Under the pieces are notes generated by a model. It was not told the DNA's origin. It made no database searches and was given only the letters and a program-made list of their open reading frames with translations. A DNA stretch of 64,000 bases from Tubulanus polymorphus (lineage: Eukaryota; Animalia; Nemertea), in the NCBI RefSeq assembly GCF_964204645.1, contig NC_134029.1, forward strand, positions 1,178,001 through 1,242,000. Reading direction: 5' to 3'. The position numbers and the translations under genes are program-made. Shown piece by piece: positions 1 through 16,361 of the stretch. The stretch's first letter is position 1. Each line of letters opens with the position of its first letter.

Positions 1-258
1 CAATCTGCTGTTTGCACTCCTCAGAAAAGAGGCTTGGGAAATTTTACTCCATCAAATAGCAACTGTCTGAGGATGTGGGAGTAGACTACAGGCAGCAGAA
101 AGTTTAGCTGTATAAAGCCTAGCTTTCTGGTATTACTGAAAGATTTCAGTTACAGGGTCAGGTCATGGCTGGACAGACAAAGTTCTGGTTATATCCCTTG
201 ATTTTTGTACGAGGGTTAAATGGGGTAGTATAGTGAATGTATATATCTGTTTTGATAG

Positions 259-3200
259 ACTGTCCAGCAAGTATTATTAGCCTATGCAGATATCGTTAGA
301 AGAGACTTCGAAAAATATACCGGAAAACAAAAAGTGGTAAGAATCAACATCGCTTAAACTAATCAAACTAATTAACATCACTTAATGAGAAACTGGTATT
401 AGAAACTCACTAATTGACATCTCTTAATGAGAAACTGGTATTAGAAACTCACTAATTGACATCGCTTAATGAGAAACCGGCATTAGAAACAAATTAATTG
501 ACATCACTTTAATGACTGATTGTGTTTCAATGAATGTTTCAGGCGTGTATCCTGATGAATAATATACAACAATTAAGGGTGCAATTAGAAAAAGTATTTG
601 AGTCCATGGGAGGAGAGCAGGTAAGTGAAATTCAATTCAATCTTCTGTGAACGGTTTTCGCGATTAAACTTATATATGAAATATAATCTCTATCTGTAGC
701 TGGAGAGTGATACTGCTGATATATTAAAACAACTCCAGCAAACTCTAAATGGAAAATTAGATGAACTTAGTCAAATATTCGCTAAAAGGTACGTATATCA
801 TCAGACTGAATAGTTGTGGTGGTCTTAAATCATAAGACTGGTCTTGAGTTGTTAGATTGACTATAGAACTAAAATGGTCTTGAAGTTGTTAGATTTACTA
901 TAGATACGGTCTTAAAACTAGGCCTTGACTGGGCAACTGATCCAGAGTTCAGTTCCACATGTTATTTGTAATAAGTAAAGAATGTAATCTAATGTTCTTC
1001 AGCCTTGAGCCTCAGGTGCAGCAAAGTGTCCAAGAACTAGGTACGTTATTGTCTAAAGTGAAAGGTGCAGGACAGGTATCATTGGCTCAGCCGAGTCAAC
1101 GTACTAATATACAACAGGAATCTGATATGATTCTGAGACCTCTAATGGATCTATTAGAGGGCAGGTAAGTTAGTCGCATCATTCAACTATTCCTATAAGA
1201 TTCAATGACTGTTCATTCTGTAAGTATTTGAATGTGAAATTTTGTTCGTTTTAATAGTCTGTCAATGTTTGCTGAAGTTTGTGAAAAAACGGTGCTTAAA
1301 AGACTTCTGAAGGTTAGTGCAAACTCAAATACCTAAATTTCAGTGAAATATGGTTAGGGTGAGGACTTCGGACTGCTTGAGTTTCAAAACTGTGGGGTAT
1401 AATTTCATCTGTGATTTTCATTCTTCAGGAATTGTGGAAAATTGTGATGCATACTATGGAAAAGACTGTAGTCCTTCCACCTCTGTCAGATCCGAGAAAC
1501 GTAAGTTCTTTTAACTATAATTTACCTCATCTAAATCTTACAAAAAATCATTAATCAAGAACCATTTAAAAACAGCTTGTGGTATTGGTCTGTAACTTTA
1601 AAAGATAAATCTTGGTTTGTTTTTCTAATAATCAATATTTCCGGTGGTAGTATCAGATTTCGTATAATCACAGTTAGTTGATTAATGTATGATTGCGTGA
1701 TTTAAATTAATAATGATTTAATTACAGCTTCTACCCTTACCTCCAAATACTCAAGCTAAAATCGAAGACATGTCTCGACTATTCTTGAATTCTGTTAGTC
1801 AGATGCCGGTTGCCATGTTACAGGTGACAATAGTTGTGACATTTAGTTCCATTTTTACGTTATTCTGTTCTGAGTTTTATAGTCGTGTTCGTAGTTCATC
1901 CGCTGTAAGCACTGTTCATTTGTTTCCTTGAATCTCATCAGAAGCAATTTCAATTATTTGTGTTCTTGTTCTTCTACTTTCTGATCGTTATAATCTAGTT
2001 TACTCGGGCTGGGGACAGTTGCAGAGTCAGTCTTAGGATTCAAGACTTATATAGATAATCTTAAATACAAGTCTTAAGATTTATAACAAGACATCATTGG
2101 ATTTTTAGTCAGGACTGCAACTGGGCCCAGTTCCATAGTTGTGATTTGAAATTTGACTGTTGAGTTTAAGTAATTTGAATGCAAGAGAACTGTGGAACTA
2201 GGGTCTGAAAATACATCAAAAGAATTATCGTCAATATCTGAAGTTTAGAATTTTACTGAATCTTTAAGAGTATCATCTATGTTATTACTAATTTGTTGTC
2301 TGGTTTATAGGACATCTCTAAAGAAGCTGAAAAGAACTTGACTCCGAAACAGTGTGCGGTGTTAGACATGGCTTTAGACACAATAAAACAATACTTCCAC
2401 GCCGGTGGTAATGGGTTAAAGAAAACATTCCTGGATAAGAGCGCTGAATTACAGTCGTTAAGATACGCATTATCGCTTTACACACAAACAACTGATACAT
2501 TGATTAAAACATTTGTATCAACTCAGTCTTCTCAAGGTAAATCATCGTTAAATACACATTTCACCTTATTAATCACTAAACAGCTTTAGTTAAGATTCAT
2601 TCATGATTTCATAGATCAACCGAGTTCTGAAGATCCAGTCGGCGAAGTTTCGATCCAAGTTGATTTATTTACACATCCAGGAACTGGAGAACATAAAGTC
2701 ACCGTTAAAGGTAAGAAAATCTGCTCCAAATACTGAGTAAAATATTGTTTAAAAAACCTTTAAACACATTCTCCGCAAATTAAGAGATATATCATAGTTC
2801 TGGTTCTACCACCATCGACAATTGTAATGACACAGATCCCGATTGGCTAGAAATTTGAACAATCTCTAGTTCATTCTCGATGCTCATCGGTCAATTGTGA
2901 GCTATGGCTAACCGTAATAGCTCTAGCATTAAATTGTTTGAAAAAATTATATGGAGAAAAAGTTCAGCAACCCAGAAGGCAGCACCGTACATCTGGCACA
3001 GTGAATCTGAACTGAAAGTTGCTTACTCGAATCAACTGGTTATGTGAATAGTTTCTATTGTTTATTTCAGTGGTCGCGGCTAATGATCTCAAATGGCAGA
3101 CGACAGGAATGTTCCGACCGTTTATAGAAGTGAATCTGATTGGTCCGCATCTCAGCGATAAGAAACGCAAACATTCGACGAAATCAAAAAGCAACAACTG

Positions 3201-3818
3201 GTCACCAAAATTCAACGAAACATTCCATTTGTAAGTGTTCATTTACTGAATTAATTCCTCGACCCTCTGAGCACCACTCAGGGGGTATCATTGGCAGGTT
3301 CCCCTCAACCTGCTGTCCTCCAATAAGGAGGTATTATTAGTAGATTAAGAGAAGCCAGAAAAGAGAAAGTGATGAAGACACTCGACGTTTCCCCCCTTGT
3401 GCGTATATTTCAACTAAACCTCCTACCCTTAAACGTATTCATACAGTATTTGTTAAATAGATGGTCTCTTTTTGAGTCGACAGTTTATAACTATTGACTG
3501 AGTTGATTGTATTTATTGAATTGTAGTATCCTCGGCAATGAAGATGAACCAGACGCCTACGAGTTACATATTTGCTGTAAAGATTATTGTTTCGCTCGTG
3601 AAGATCGTCTGATCGGGACGGCTATAATGCAGCTGAGAGATATAATCGAGCAGGGTAGCTGCGCGTGCTGGTGCTCGCTAGGACGAAGGATTAACCTCGA
3701 TGAAACTGGTTGGACGATATTGCGTATATTGTCGCAACGAACGAACGATGAAGTCGCGAAAGAGTTTGTGAAATTAAAATCGGAATGTCGTCATCCGGAG
3801 GAAGTGCCGGCTACGTGA
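259..3818 (+). CDS. unc-13: Protein unc-13 / Munc13 homolog, 3' part (MUN domain end + C2C domain); 5' exons lie upstream of the window
   Basis: GT-AG exons 259-336, 543-620, 700-788, 1003-1164, 1258-1312, 1429-1500, 1728-1823, 2311-2536, 2615-2710, 3071-3230, 3527-3818 join in frame. They give [97 protein letters not shown] and [25 protein letters not shown], all hallmark UNC13 C-terminal motifs. Confidence 0.97.
368..512. repeat. Intronic ~41-bp minisatellite, about 3.5 copies
   Basis: Repeated aattgacatc(a/t/g)cttaatgagaaactggtattagaaactcact. Confidence 0.75.
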
Positions 3819-4457
3819 AGAATACATCATACATCGGACATTTTATAGATCGCACAAATAATGAAATCGGGACCAGCATAGACGCACAGGTCGAGGCCCG
3901 GTCGAGGCCTGGTCGAGGCAAGCATGAACTGAGTACGTGACTCATAACGTTGTGGATACTCTCATTGTATAAATACTATTTTCAAGTAATCTTGGTGTGA
4001 TGATCAAATCTGAAAATCATTTTTCACAAAGTATATTACTACTTTTCTCTTGAATTGGTGCCTTTAACTGGAATTATCGGGTATTTCTGAAATCTAATAC
4101 ATCCATATTTAAATATATGTATGAAATTAATTGATGATGTAATAAGAATGGATGAAATAGACTAAAATAATTAAATCGTGTTCGGTATGTATAGAAATAA
4201 TCATTAAGTATATCATGAACTATATATAAACAATAATATTGCAAACAGAGAATATGATAATATAACGTCAATAGTATATTTGTATATAACACGTTTTTGG
4301 GGTGGGTTTAAAAGTGCCAATAATTAGTTATAAAAACGATGTAGAAATATGTATGTTAAATCTTGTAAGTTGTTGCTATACGCGCCATCTTGTTTTCATT
4401 CGGGGCTTATTTAGATATATACGGCAGTCAATAATGTTACAGCTCTAGTGTTGAAAT

Positions 4458-4496
<39 letters not shown>

Positions 4497-7194
4497 GAAA
4501 TTTATGTATTGCGTCCTGAAGATGTATGTGTTGATTATGTCAATTGAGAGAAAATCAGAGAGGGAGGGAGGGAGAATTAAAGGGGAGAGAGAACACTCTT
4601 GAATTTACAATGAATTCCTCCAGTGCGAGTTCAAGGTCGAATGAATATTCTACTCAATAACTAGGTCACTTGAATTAACTAGGTCAAGGTTAGATATGAC
4701 TAGCGTTGATTCTCTATTGACTCTTACTGTTATTCCAGATAAAATTCTAACTATTTGTTTTTTGTGATAATTATAATTTTGTATTTATAGTTGTTGATAT
4801 TTACTTATGTTTATTTACTCTCCTTTCGCGGTGGGTGCATTTAACCATTGTCTTGTGATAGATCATTTTATGTAGCGATGTATCGAGTTGATTTCAGAAT
4901 CTCGAACAACTCTTGACTCCAGTTGCACAGTTGTGACTTTAAGCAAGAAAACTTGATACGTGAAAGTTTAATGACGCCGTATATTGCTTAAATAGGCACT
5001 TACAGTCTTCGGTGACATATGATATGAATTATAAAGGATCAATAGAATTATTTTGGATTTGAATGACCCCGCTATATTGATGATGTAGTGCACATCCGCT
5101 CAAAAACTTGTTAGATCGACTAGAGAACCACAATGAACTTATACTGGTCTTAAGTCGTTAGATTTGGCTATCTAACCAAAATGGTCTTATACTGGTCTTA
5201 GGTTGTTAGCTTGACTATAGAAACAAAATAAGCTTTAGACTGGTCTAAATCTTAGCCATGACTGTGCAATTGGCCTCAGGTAATTAACCCTACAGCCACG
5301 TGTAATGATTGAATAGTAACTGATGTGAGTTACTACCCGTCGAGTAAGTTCCGTTTATAATTTCAGTTGTATCGATATTAAACAAATACAAGCCATTTTT
5401 TCACCGCAAATAGTGAAGCGTAATAATGAAGTGTTCCCATTAAATATTTGTACAGTGGTAAAAAAGTATTTTTTTACTTCTGATCAACAGTTTTAAATGT
5501 AAAGTAGACAAAGAATAATAGATGCTATGTATCGAACCCCTATAATAGATATAACTACAATTTTTGTACGATTTTTATAAACCTTATTATAAACGACAAT
5601 AATGATAAATGGACCTCTTCTTTAAGTCTGTGTAATCAATGTTTCTCTTGAGAGTAAATAATCCGAGTCTCCTGTATTTTACCATATATCGGAATTCATC
5701 TCATTTTACCGTAAAAAAAAGATGCAATGCACAAAAATTGTCACGAGCAGAGAGAATATGGCGCTTTGAAATATGAATTCAACCATAGTTTTAAAAAGTC
5801 ACTTCTCCCTATAATCTTGAAATTGGTTGAAGTTACTGTCACTGAAAACTAGCCTCAAATTCTTGTATTTTCTAATAAGCGGCCATTTTGAATTGATTGA
5901 ACGTAGCTGGTAGTATACTGAAGCGGGGCTACGTACTTGTGACAAATTGCTCATTTAGAATTAATCAGCAACGAAGAGTTTATAACAAACCAGAAAAGTG
6001 CCTCATCTGACTCTGGGATAGATTCACCTTCATTTGTGGAGTAATAATGTCATATAGATGAGTTGTTGTCCTGCACATAATAAATAGTATTGTCATCTTC
6101 ATGTTTGAACTAATGCCATCTAGAAAAATGAACGAAGTGTCCTTTGATTGTCGATTCCTGCTGCCCCAGAAAATACCTGGAGCCAGTTCCACAGTTCTCA
6201 CTTGTGATCTTATTGAAGTAGACGGTATAGTTACTGATCTTAACTCGAATCTGATCTATAGTAAAAGCAATGATTAGATATCCATTGAACTCTGAACGAA
6301 AGTCCCAGGTCTGAGAGTTGTGAATTGTAGTCTCTTACAGTCAGTCAATTAGTCAGCTGTGGAACTGGGTCTTCTGTGTATCGTATATTTTCAAATGATA
6401 CTTAAAAATGTGACAAAAGCTTCTAGTTACGCGAGACTATATTCTATTTAAAGTCTCGGATTCAACTTTCATTCTGGTCATAACTTCAGTTCTAGTCTAA
6501 AAAAAACAAGTTATTTTTGAAAGAAAAAATCAAAAAAGGCTCTCGTTGAAATGTTTCTCGTATTTCGAGATGAATTTTTAAGTGGGTCGAACTGATCAAA
6601 AGATATAGTAGATATTTTCTGGTATGAATAGAAAAACTAAAGCTTTTTTTGTTGCTAAAAAGTTCTTTATAAGTGTTCTCTGTATGTTTGTATTATATGA
6701 TATTCATCTAAAATTACTATTATCAAAAACATCGTCATCCGAAACGTTTTTATCATTGGATGATTCGTTACAATTTAATATATAGAAGGTTGGAGAATAA
6801 AATTAATTAATGATATTTATATTGAAATTGAATCTTCTTTCGTTTTGTTTTGTTTGTGGTGGATACTGGGACCGCACGACCTAATTCCTTCCCAAATCCA
6901 GTGTCTAGATTTTATGGACGATTATGGTTAATTGTGTGTGCCTAATTATGATCTTAACCTATTTGATCGCCATCTATTGCATTTTCCTCGAACTAATGAA
7001 GATCGGCCCGCCGTTCAACAGAGGTCACTTGTACCAAGTTTCACCCATTCGCCATCTACCGGACGTCCTCTGCATTTCATGGGCTTGGTGGCAGCACCAT
7101 ACGGTCCCCAAGCGGAATTTCTGTAAACTAATACTAGCGGGCTGGCGCACCGGGAAGTGGCACCAGTCGAGCTTAGCACGAATCGGCGAGCAGG

Positions 7195-7445
7195 CACCCT
7201 CGGGTCCAGACACTGAGATATCCCAGGTCTAACTAAGATATCCCGCGGTCCAGTGCGATATACCTGGATCCGGACACTGAGATATCCCGGGTCTAGACAC
7301 TGAGATCTGAGACTATGCCCGGGTCGGCCCCGATCGCCGGGCGGTCCCGGGGCCCAGCCAGACATTACCCGGGTCCAAACACTGAGATATCCCGTATCCA
7401 GACACTGCCTGGGCCAAGGACACTGAGTATCCCGGGTCCAGGGAC
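7195..7445. repeat. GC-rich cluster of degenerate short direct repeats (probable non-autonomous element remnant)
   Basis: About 6 copies of ccgggtc(c/t)agacactgagatatcccgg in otherwise AT-rich intergenic DNA; the ORFs over it have no recognisable product. Confidence 0.55.
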
Positions 7446-7704
7446 AACCTCGCCGTATGGGGTCGCAGACTCTGAGTCCGTCCAAACAAGTCGGCCTTGC
7501 CTTTGCCGCGCCGGCGCGGGTCGCACTTGGACCACCCGACCTCCGGCGTGTGTTGGGTGGAATACTCTCGCCGTACGTTGGGTTCAGCAGGAAAGTGTAA
7601 TTACACATCACATTGTGTCATTACAGAGAAATGTCATCACGCTTCCCTGGGTCCAGGGATCGCCGTGTGTTGGGTCCTCCATAGAATTTCGCGCCTTAGA
7701 TTCG

Positions 7705-7780
7705 TTCTATTACGTCACATCTCACGTCATCCAATCAACGACGAGAAGCTTTGTTCGTCGTCAGTGACGTCACTGATAAA
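7705..7780 (+). promoter_or_regulatory. KLF gene proximal promoter: CRE cluster plus CCAAT box
   Basis: Half-CREs tacgtca and cacgtca, CCAAT (ccaatc ~7731), and the perfect 16-bp palindrome TCAGTGACGTCACTGA (7761-7776) containing the full CRE TGACGTCA, ~300 bp upstream of the ATG. Confidence 0.6.
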
Positions 7781-8070
7781 GTGAACGCCTCTCGTGAACT
7801 GTGTGCGTGTAAATGGGTCAAATAGAAATTAGTATTTATAACACTGCGAAACACTGAACTAAATCATTAAACGCCAAGACACCATCGTAAAAACTAACCA
7901 AAGACGGACAATGTTTCTCTAAGATTTTTTCTCTGACACGTTACTGAATGGGTTCATGACAGAAGATCCTTTGTGTAGAATCTTTCTTGGTGCTGGTATC
8001 AGTGGAGCTGTCACAACACTGAAATCAGCTGACGAGACAATATATCGCGTTTATACACAGTAGCCGGGGG

Positions 8071-10986
<2,916 letters not shown>

Positions 10987-11954
10987 TGCTTTTGAATGTA
11001 CACGTGTATATCTGCTGTAATTATATCATATCTATTTATAAGTGAAATCTCAACCAGAGAGACAGGGACGAGAAGTGTGGTTTATTAATATTCATTCATC
11101 TTCATTAATTACTGCGTGCCAACTCAAGCCATTAACAATCCTAATTAGTAGATCAAAATTAACAAAAAATATTTTCAAATTTAGATTTATTGAATGATTG
11201 ATCTTTGCTCTTTGCTGTTTGTATAGAGTTACTGTGACATTTAGGTGCTGCTGCTGCTGCTGCTGGTGGTGCTGGTAATGCTGATTGGGTGTGGTCTCCT
11301 CTCCGCCGCTACCGGGAATTCAAGATTCAAAACTCTAAACTTAATGAGATGATAGATATATACAATAAATTGTATTTATGAAGTTGTATTTATTGATATC
11401 AAAAAGTAGTTCGTATGATGTATATGAACTGATGGCCGCTGCTGGAAACGAGGTGGAAGGGTGCTACTCTCTCCAATCATCTATACTATACGGGGTGCCC
11501 CAACCAGTGTCTGTAATTATACATAAAAACCCTCCAATAAGAATATTTTATGAATGTTAGAAATTTCTGTTGTTTCATTACAATGAAGTTTTGGAATTAC
11601 TAATGATTCCGAAAGTTATTGAATGAAACGTTAACACGTTTTGGCTGTTGACCACAGCGATCGAGTTGTGTATTGTTAGATTCAGTTATATTCGCTACAT
11701 TTCATGATATAATCAATAATTTCTTTGCCGGCAGTTTCGAGACTTAAATTCCCATCATCAGATAGAAATATAATAATCACCAGGCCAGTTTACCAGCTCC
11801 TACGTGCAGCCGCTGTTAAAACTGTTTAAACTTGAGTTTTCATTTATTATGTTCAGTGTTTTTGTAACCCCTCCAGAAATCTAACGCCATTTTCGACATT
11901 CAGTCGACCACGTCATCATGATGTAACCTATAGCCTAATACACAGTCTAACGGA

Positions 11955-12085
11955 GTTCCGCGGTTCCACAGGGGTTCCACGGTCCCACAGGGGTTCCACG
12001 GTTCCACAGGGGTTCCACGGTCCCACAGGGGTTCCACGGTTCCACAGGGGTTCCACGGTCCCACATGGGTTCCACAGGCACACGG
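11955..12085. repeat. 19-bp minisatellite in the KLF 3' region
   Basis: (gttccacaggggttccacg)n, about 6 copies. Confidence 0.85.
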
Positions 12086-13284
12086 GATTTTGCAGTTATG
12101 AATGTTTTGATAATCGTTTTTGTTGTTCTCGTTTTCTGCATCCAGTATTGTACTGTCTTCCATGGAATTTTTATCGTCACAACTGCTTTTATAAAATATT
12201 CTGTCGTGCCTTCTCCTTCTCCTTCTCCTTCTCTCTCTCTATGATTTTTACTGGTTTCAAAAAGTATAACAACTGCTGTCAGAATATCACGTGACCTCTA
12301 TTCCCGGATGTGTGCATTTCAATATATGTTGTTTTCATTAATTTAACTTATACGCGTACATGATTCAATGTTCTATAAACCAACTCGGTTTGGTTTCGTT
12401 AATGGACCGTATATCAAGATTTTATGTGTCTAAAAACTGTTGAACTGGGACCTGTTAAAAACCATTAAATGTACTTTATTATACATAATTCAAAAATGTC
12501 GTGTATTTGTTGATATCCAAAATCTGATAATTTTGGGATGGATACAAAACTAAAAATATATATCGTACTAATCTTATATGGATCGGTAAAGTGATATCTC
12601 ATCATATTCTCGTAACGACTGTGAGGTATATATTGATATTGTGCTAACTGATAACGCATTTACCGCAATTAACACTAAAAAGAGACGTGTGCAATTTGAT
12701 TAATATTTTTCAGTACGAACAATTGCAAAAGTTGGCCATTTCCAATGATTCGCCTTTACGACATTTAGAAATGGGCAGCTGTTCCAGAAAAACTCACTAG
12801 CTTGAAAACAACGCACATTAATCTACTTAGATGAATAAAAATGGTGACACTCAACTCTATAAATTTACTTTTTGCTGTAATTGCGCCTTATTGGCTAGGA
12901 TTGGACCCGCTCACTAAAAATCCCTTGGATGTATATCGGTTATGTATAATTGTAGACGTATTATAATCGCAGCAGTTCGGGGGAGAGGGTTAATATTGTT
13001 TCGATAGGTTTTTCAAATGTTTGTTAAATTATTGATGTAAATAAATACATATATATATATATTTATTACGTCGTGTATATATATTTTGTATATAGATATT
13101 TTAATGAAATCTTGAGACCAACTTTTGTTGTGAAGAAACAATAAAAGTTTTACAATTTTATGTGTAAATTTTTCTTTTGTTTTTCTTAAATCCTAATGGT
13201 ATAAACGAGTTTATCGGGAGGTGATGAGCACTATGGAAACATGGCGGTCGCTTTTTTTAGCTTTTCATTCGAATCTAAAACCTA

Positions 13285-13427
13285 AACCGTCAAGTGCTGC
13301 CGCTAAATATATCGTCGACGGCGAATGTGTGAACTTTAGCCCGCATGCCACAGTAGGAATATTGCGTTATCGTGTTAGTTCACCTATTCACCGCTAATGT
13401 AATATCTAGGGGCAGCACCTGACGGTT
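13285..13427. mobile_element. MITE family A, copy 1 (other copies at 27637-27772 and 57494-57611)
   Basis: TIRs aaccgtcaagtgctgccgcta ... taggggcagcacctgacggtt; the same TIRs recur at two other sites. Confidence 0.75.
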
Positions 13428-13819
13428 GAGATCTTTCAGCAATTTTTTAGGCTACCTGGATCCAGTACCACAGTTGTGAGTTAAACTCAGAGTTAGAATT
13501 AGTTCAATTTCAATGAGTCAAATCCTAACTCAGAAATACGGAACTGAGGTCCAAAACCTAGCATAAAGGATTTTTTTTAGAAATAAGAAAAATATTCGAT
13601 TAAAAGAAGCTCCAAGATAAACCTCTCGTCAATGTCAGGATTCAAACAATCCTGTCTGTCAGGAATACAATAAAACATTAATAAGTCGAGAACAATTCAA
13701 TCTTCAATATAGAATACAAAAAGGTATTAATTTATTTCAAATGCTAGACGGAGGTACAAAAGGAAACATGGTATAAATTGCATAATTCAGATCGACGATT
13801 GATTTTCAACAATTCGTAC

Positions 13820-15881
13820 TCAGGTCCATAATTTCTTTATTTCATTATTGTTCACTGACTCAATGACTGTCACAGAATGTCTCAATATTTCACGATGAAC
13901 CTCATCTACTGACCGACCTGCATCTATTTTCTGAATAGAAAAAAGAACATTCAAAACAATTAGATGGGGTTTTAATTCAAACAAGATGTTTGTTAACTTA
14001 CCACCCAATTATCTTCAAACAGCTTCTCATAAACAGTTGTGACTTGATTCTGGAAGTTTTGAGATTCATATCGTTCATCCCCGAACCCACCTCGCTGGGC
14101 GGCATCTTTAGCGGCCATGTTTAAATATAGAACAAGATCAGGGCGAGGTAGACCGACGTCGGGCTGTCGACACCAGTCTAAATCCATTCCCTATCAAATT
14201 AAATATATTATGATATCAATATGTGACAATGATCCAGTCCTACCCTCTACTCAAACCCTTCATACAGATGACTGAAAATCTTTTTCAACCAAATGGACTC
14301 TTGAATTGTCCAGGTTCTGAACTGAACTTCGGTCTTGAGTCCAGAGAACTGTGGAACTGGGCCCAGAACAGTGAACCTTGAGTCCAAAACTGTGGAACTG
14401 GGTCATGAACAGTAGAAGTGAGTCTTGGCTTCAGAACAGTGGAGGTGAGTCTTTGACTGACTTCAGAACAGTGGAATTTGGTGCAGACGCGTCCTGAACT
14501 GTGGAACTGAGTCCTGAACTGTAGAACTGAGTCCTGAACTGTGGAACTGAGTCCTGAACTGTAGAACTGAGTCCTGAACTGTGGAACTGAGTCCTGAACT
14601 GTGGAATTCATTTGAATATTTACCGATTTTGCAGCTGTAAATGCAACCCCTGAAAATGCATATCTATCGACAATTAGGCTTGTTCCTGATTCTAATAATG
14701 TCTTCATTTTTGGACTGAAAAAAAAAAAAAATGTGAATTGAGGTGAAATATTCCAATTGGGGCTGTTTTCATGGTTGGTTTATGAGAGCTCTGGGGTTGG
14801 GGCTGAAGAGCGATGTTACCCAGACCGGGTATCTCTGGGGTTGGGGTTGTAGAGCTCAGGGTGCCCAGGCCGGGTATCTCTAGGGTTGGGGCTGTAGAGC
14901 TCAGGGCCGGGTATCTCTAGGGTTGGGGCTGTAGAACTCAGGGCGCCCGGGCCAGGTATCTGTGGGGTTGGGGCTGAAGAGCTCAGGGCACCCGGGCCGG
15001 ATATCTCTGGGGTTGGGGCTGAAGAGCTCAGGGCACCCGGGCCGGATATCTCTGGGGTTGGGGCTGTAGATCTCAGGGCGCCCGGGCCGGGTATCTCTAG
15101 GGTTGGGGCTGTAGATCTCAGGGCGCCCGGTCCGGTTATCTCTAGGGTTGGGGCTGTAGAGCTCAGGGTGTCTGTCTCTTACTTACACTAATTCCCATCT
15201 GTTCGCTGAGAATAATAAATGTACAACGTGATCGTCAAGGTCGGATTTATTCTCTAAATAAGCGGAGATCATTTTTCCTATTGATGTTGTTCGATCTGAA
15301 ACCGAAGTGAAAAGCAGCTAATAGGGGGACAAGTCCATGACAGCAAACACTGGGGTGTGGAGGGGGTACGGGGATTGTAGTTTAAAGTTAGAGGGAGGTT
15401 GGCAGTTCTAGTTCTACCTATCCTGTTGAAGATATTTATATTTGCCAGGTACGGACTTTTGTTGTTAAATCAGTGAGTCGCGATCGGCACTGATATGTAT
15501 CCTACTTGTATAACAATAACATGGCTTCACTAGGATTCGAACCTCTCGGTTGTGATTCAAACACCTTATCCACCATGCCACAGAAAAGGACTAAAGAAAG
15601 GTAACTATTAGATCAGCCAGAGTTTAAGACGAATTTAGACGAGTTAACCAATTTAAAGATTAAGAAGTTATTCAAAAAGACAATTTCATACCTGGAAATG
15701 ACATTTGAATCGCTTTGTGGTCGAATTTCCTGAGAGATTGCACGAGTTTTTTCGATTGAGTTGATTTACCGCATCTGTCTCCTCCTTCCAGCACTATCAG
15801 CGCACCTCTTGAACCGGTCGTCATCGCTCTTCTCGTCGATAAACCAACAGAAAATACTACAGAAAACGCCGTTCTAAACAT
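13820..15881 (-). CDS. DTYMK: Thymidylate kinase (dTMP kinase)
   Basis: Exons (minus) 15881-15692, 15295-15187, 14714-14624, 14190-14002, 13930-13820. Motifs [18 protein letters not shown] (P-loop), [32 protein letters not shown] and [11 protein letters not shown]. The start could be the ATG at 15881 or at 15824. Confidence 0.96.
14340..14610. repeat. 20-bp tandem array derived from the terminus of an abundant MITE (DTYMK intron 3)
   Basis: (gtcctgaactgtggaactga)n shares actgtggaactg with the TIR ggcccagttccacagt found at many sites. Confidence 0.7.
14785..15170. repeat. ~45-bp G-rich minisatellite (DTYMK intron 2)
   Basis: About 9 copies of tatctct(g/a)gggttggggctg(t/a)agagctcagggc(a/g)cccgggccgg. 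Confidence 0.85.
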
Positions 15882-16361
15882 TCAACTTAGCCACCTAGAC
15901 TGGTTGCCAGTCCAATTCTGCGCCACCTGTCGGAGGTAGACCGGTAATCAGTCAAGGCACCACATTCACAATGTTATTCAAAAATGTGTTTACCGTCAAG
16001 AATTCAAGCATCTGATTACCGTATAGAAATATCTAAATATATTGATGAGTTTTTATTTTAAACTGTATCATCTACAAAAATTAATCTAAAATTGCAAAAT
16101 CCTATTACGCGTTTTAGTGTTACTGACTGAAACCCGGAAGTAAACACAGGCACGTGCTGTTCCGTGTCAATTCAATTGAATTCAATTCAAAATTTATTGC
16201 ATCCGTGTCGTTACTGGCGCTGTAGAACTGTCACAAATCTTTGGATCAATCGGGATTCATCAAAATCTCGAAAACAGTCCCTGTAATATCGCGAGTAGCA
16301 GTGAAATCACAGTCAGTCAGTTGATCTAGTTGCAGCACTAGGCCTTGGTGTTTAGGAATCA
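15882..16361. promoter_or_regulatory. Bidirectional promoter region shared by DTYMK and NCDN
   Basis: 480 bp between divergent start codons; ETS/GABP motif acccggaagt (~16131) and E-box cacgtg (16151). Confidence 0.6.

Noticed and set aside
6924-7784. Several 60-198-aa ORFs upstream of KLF
   Set aside because: GC-rich repeat or promoter DNA depleted of stops; no recognisable domains or splice structure.
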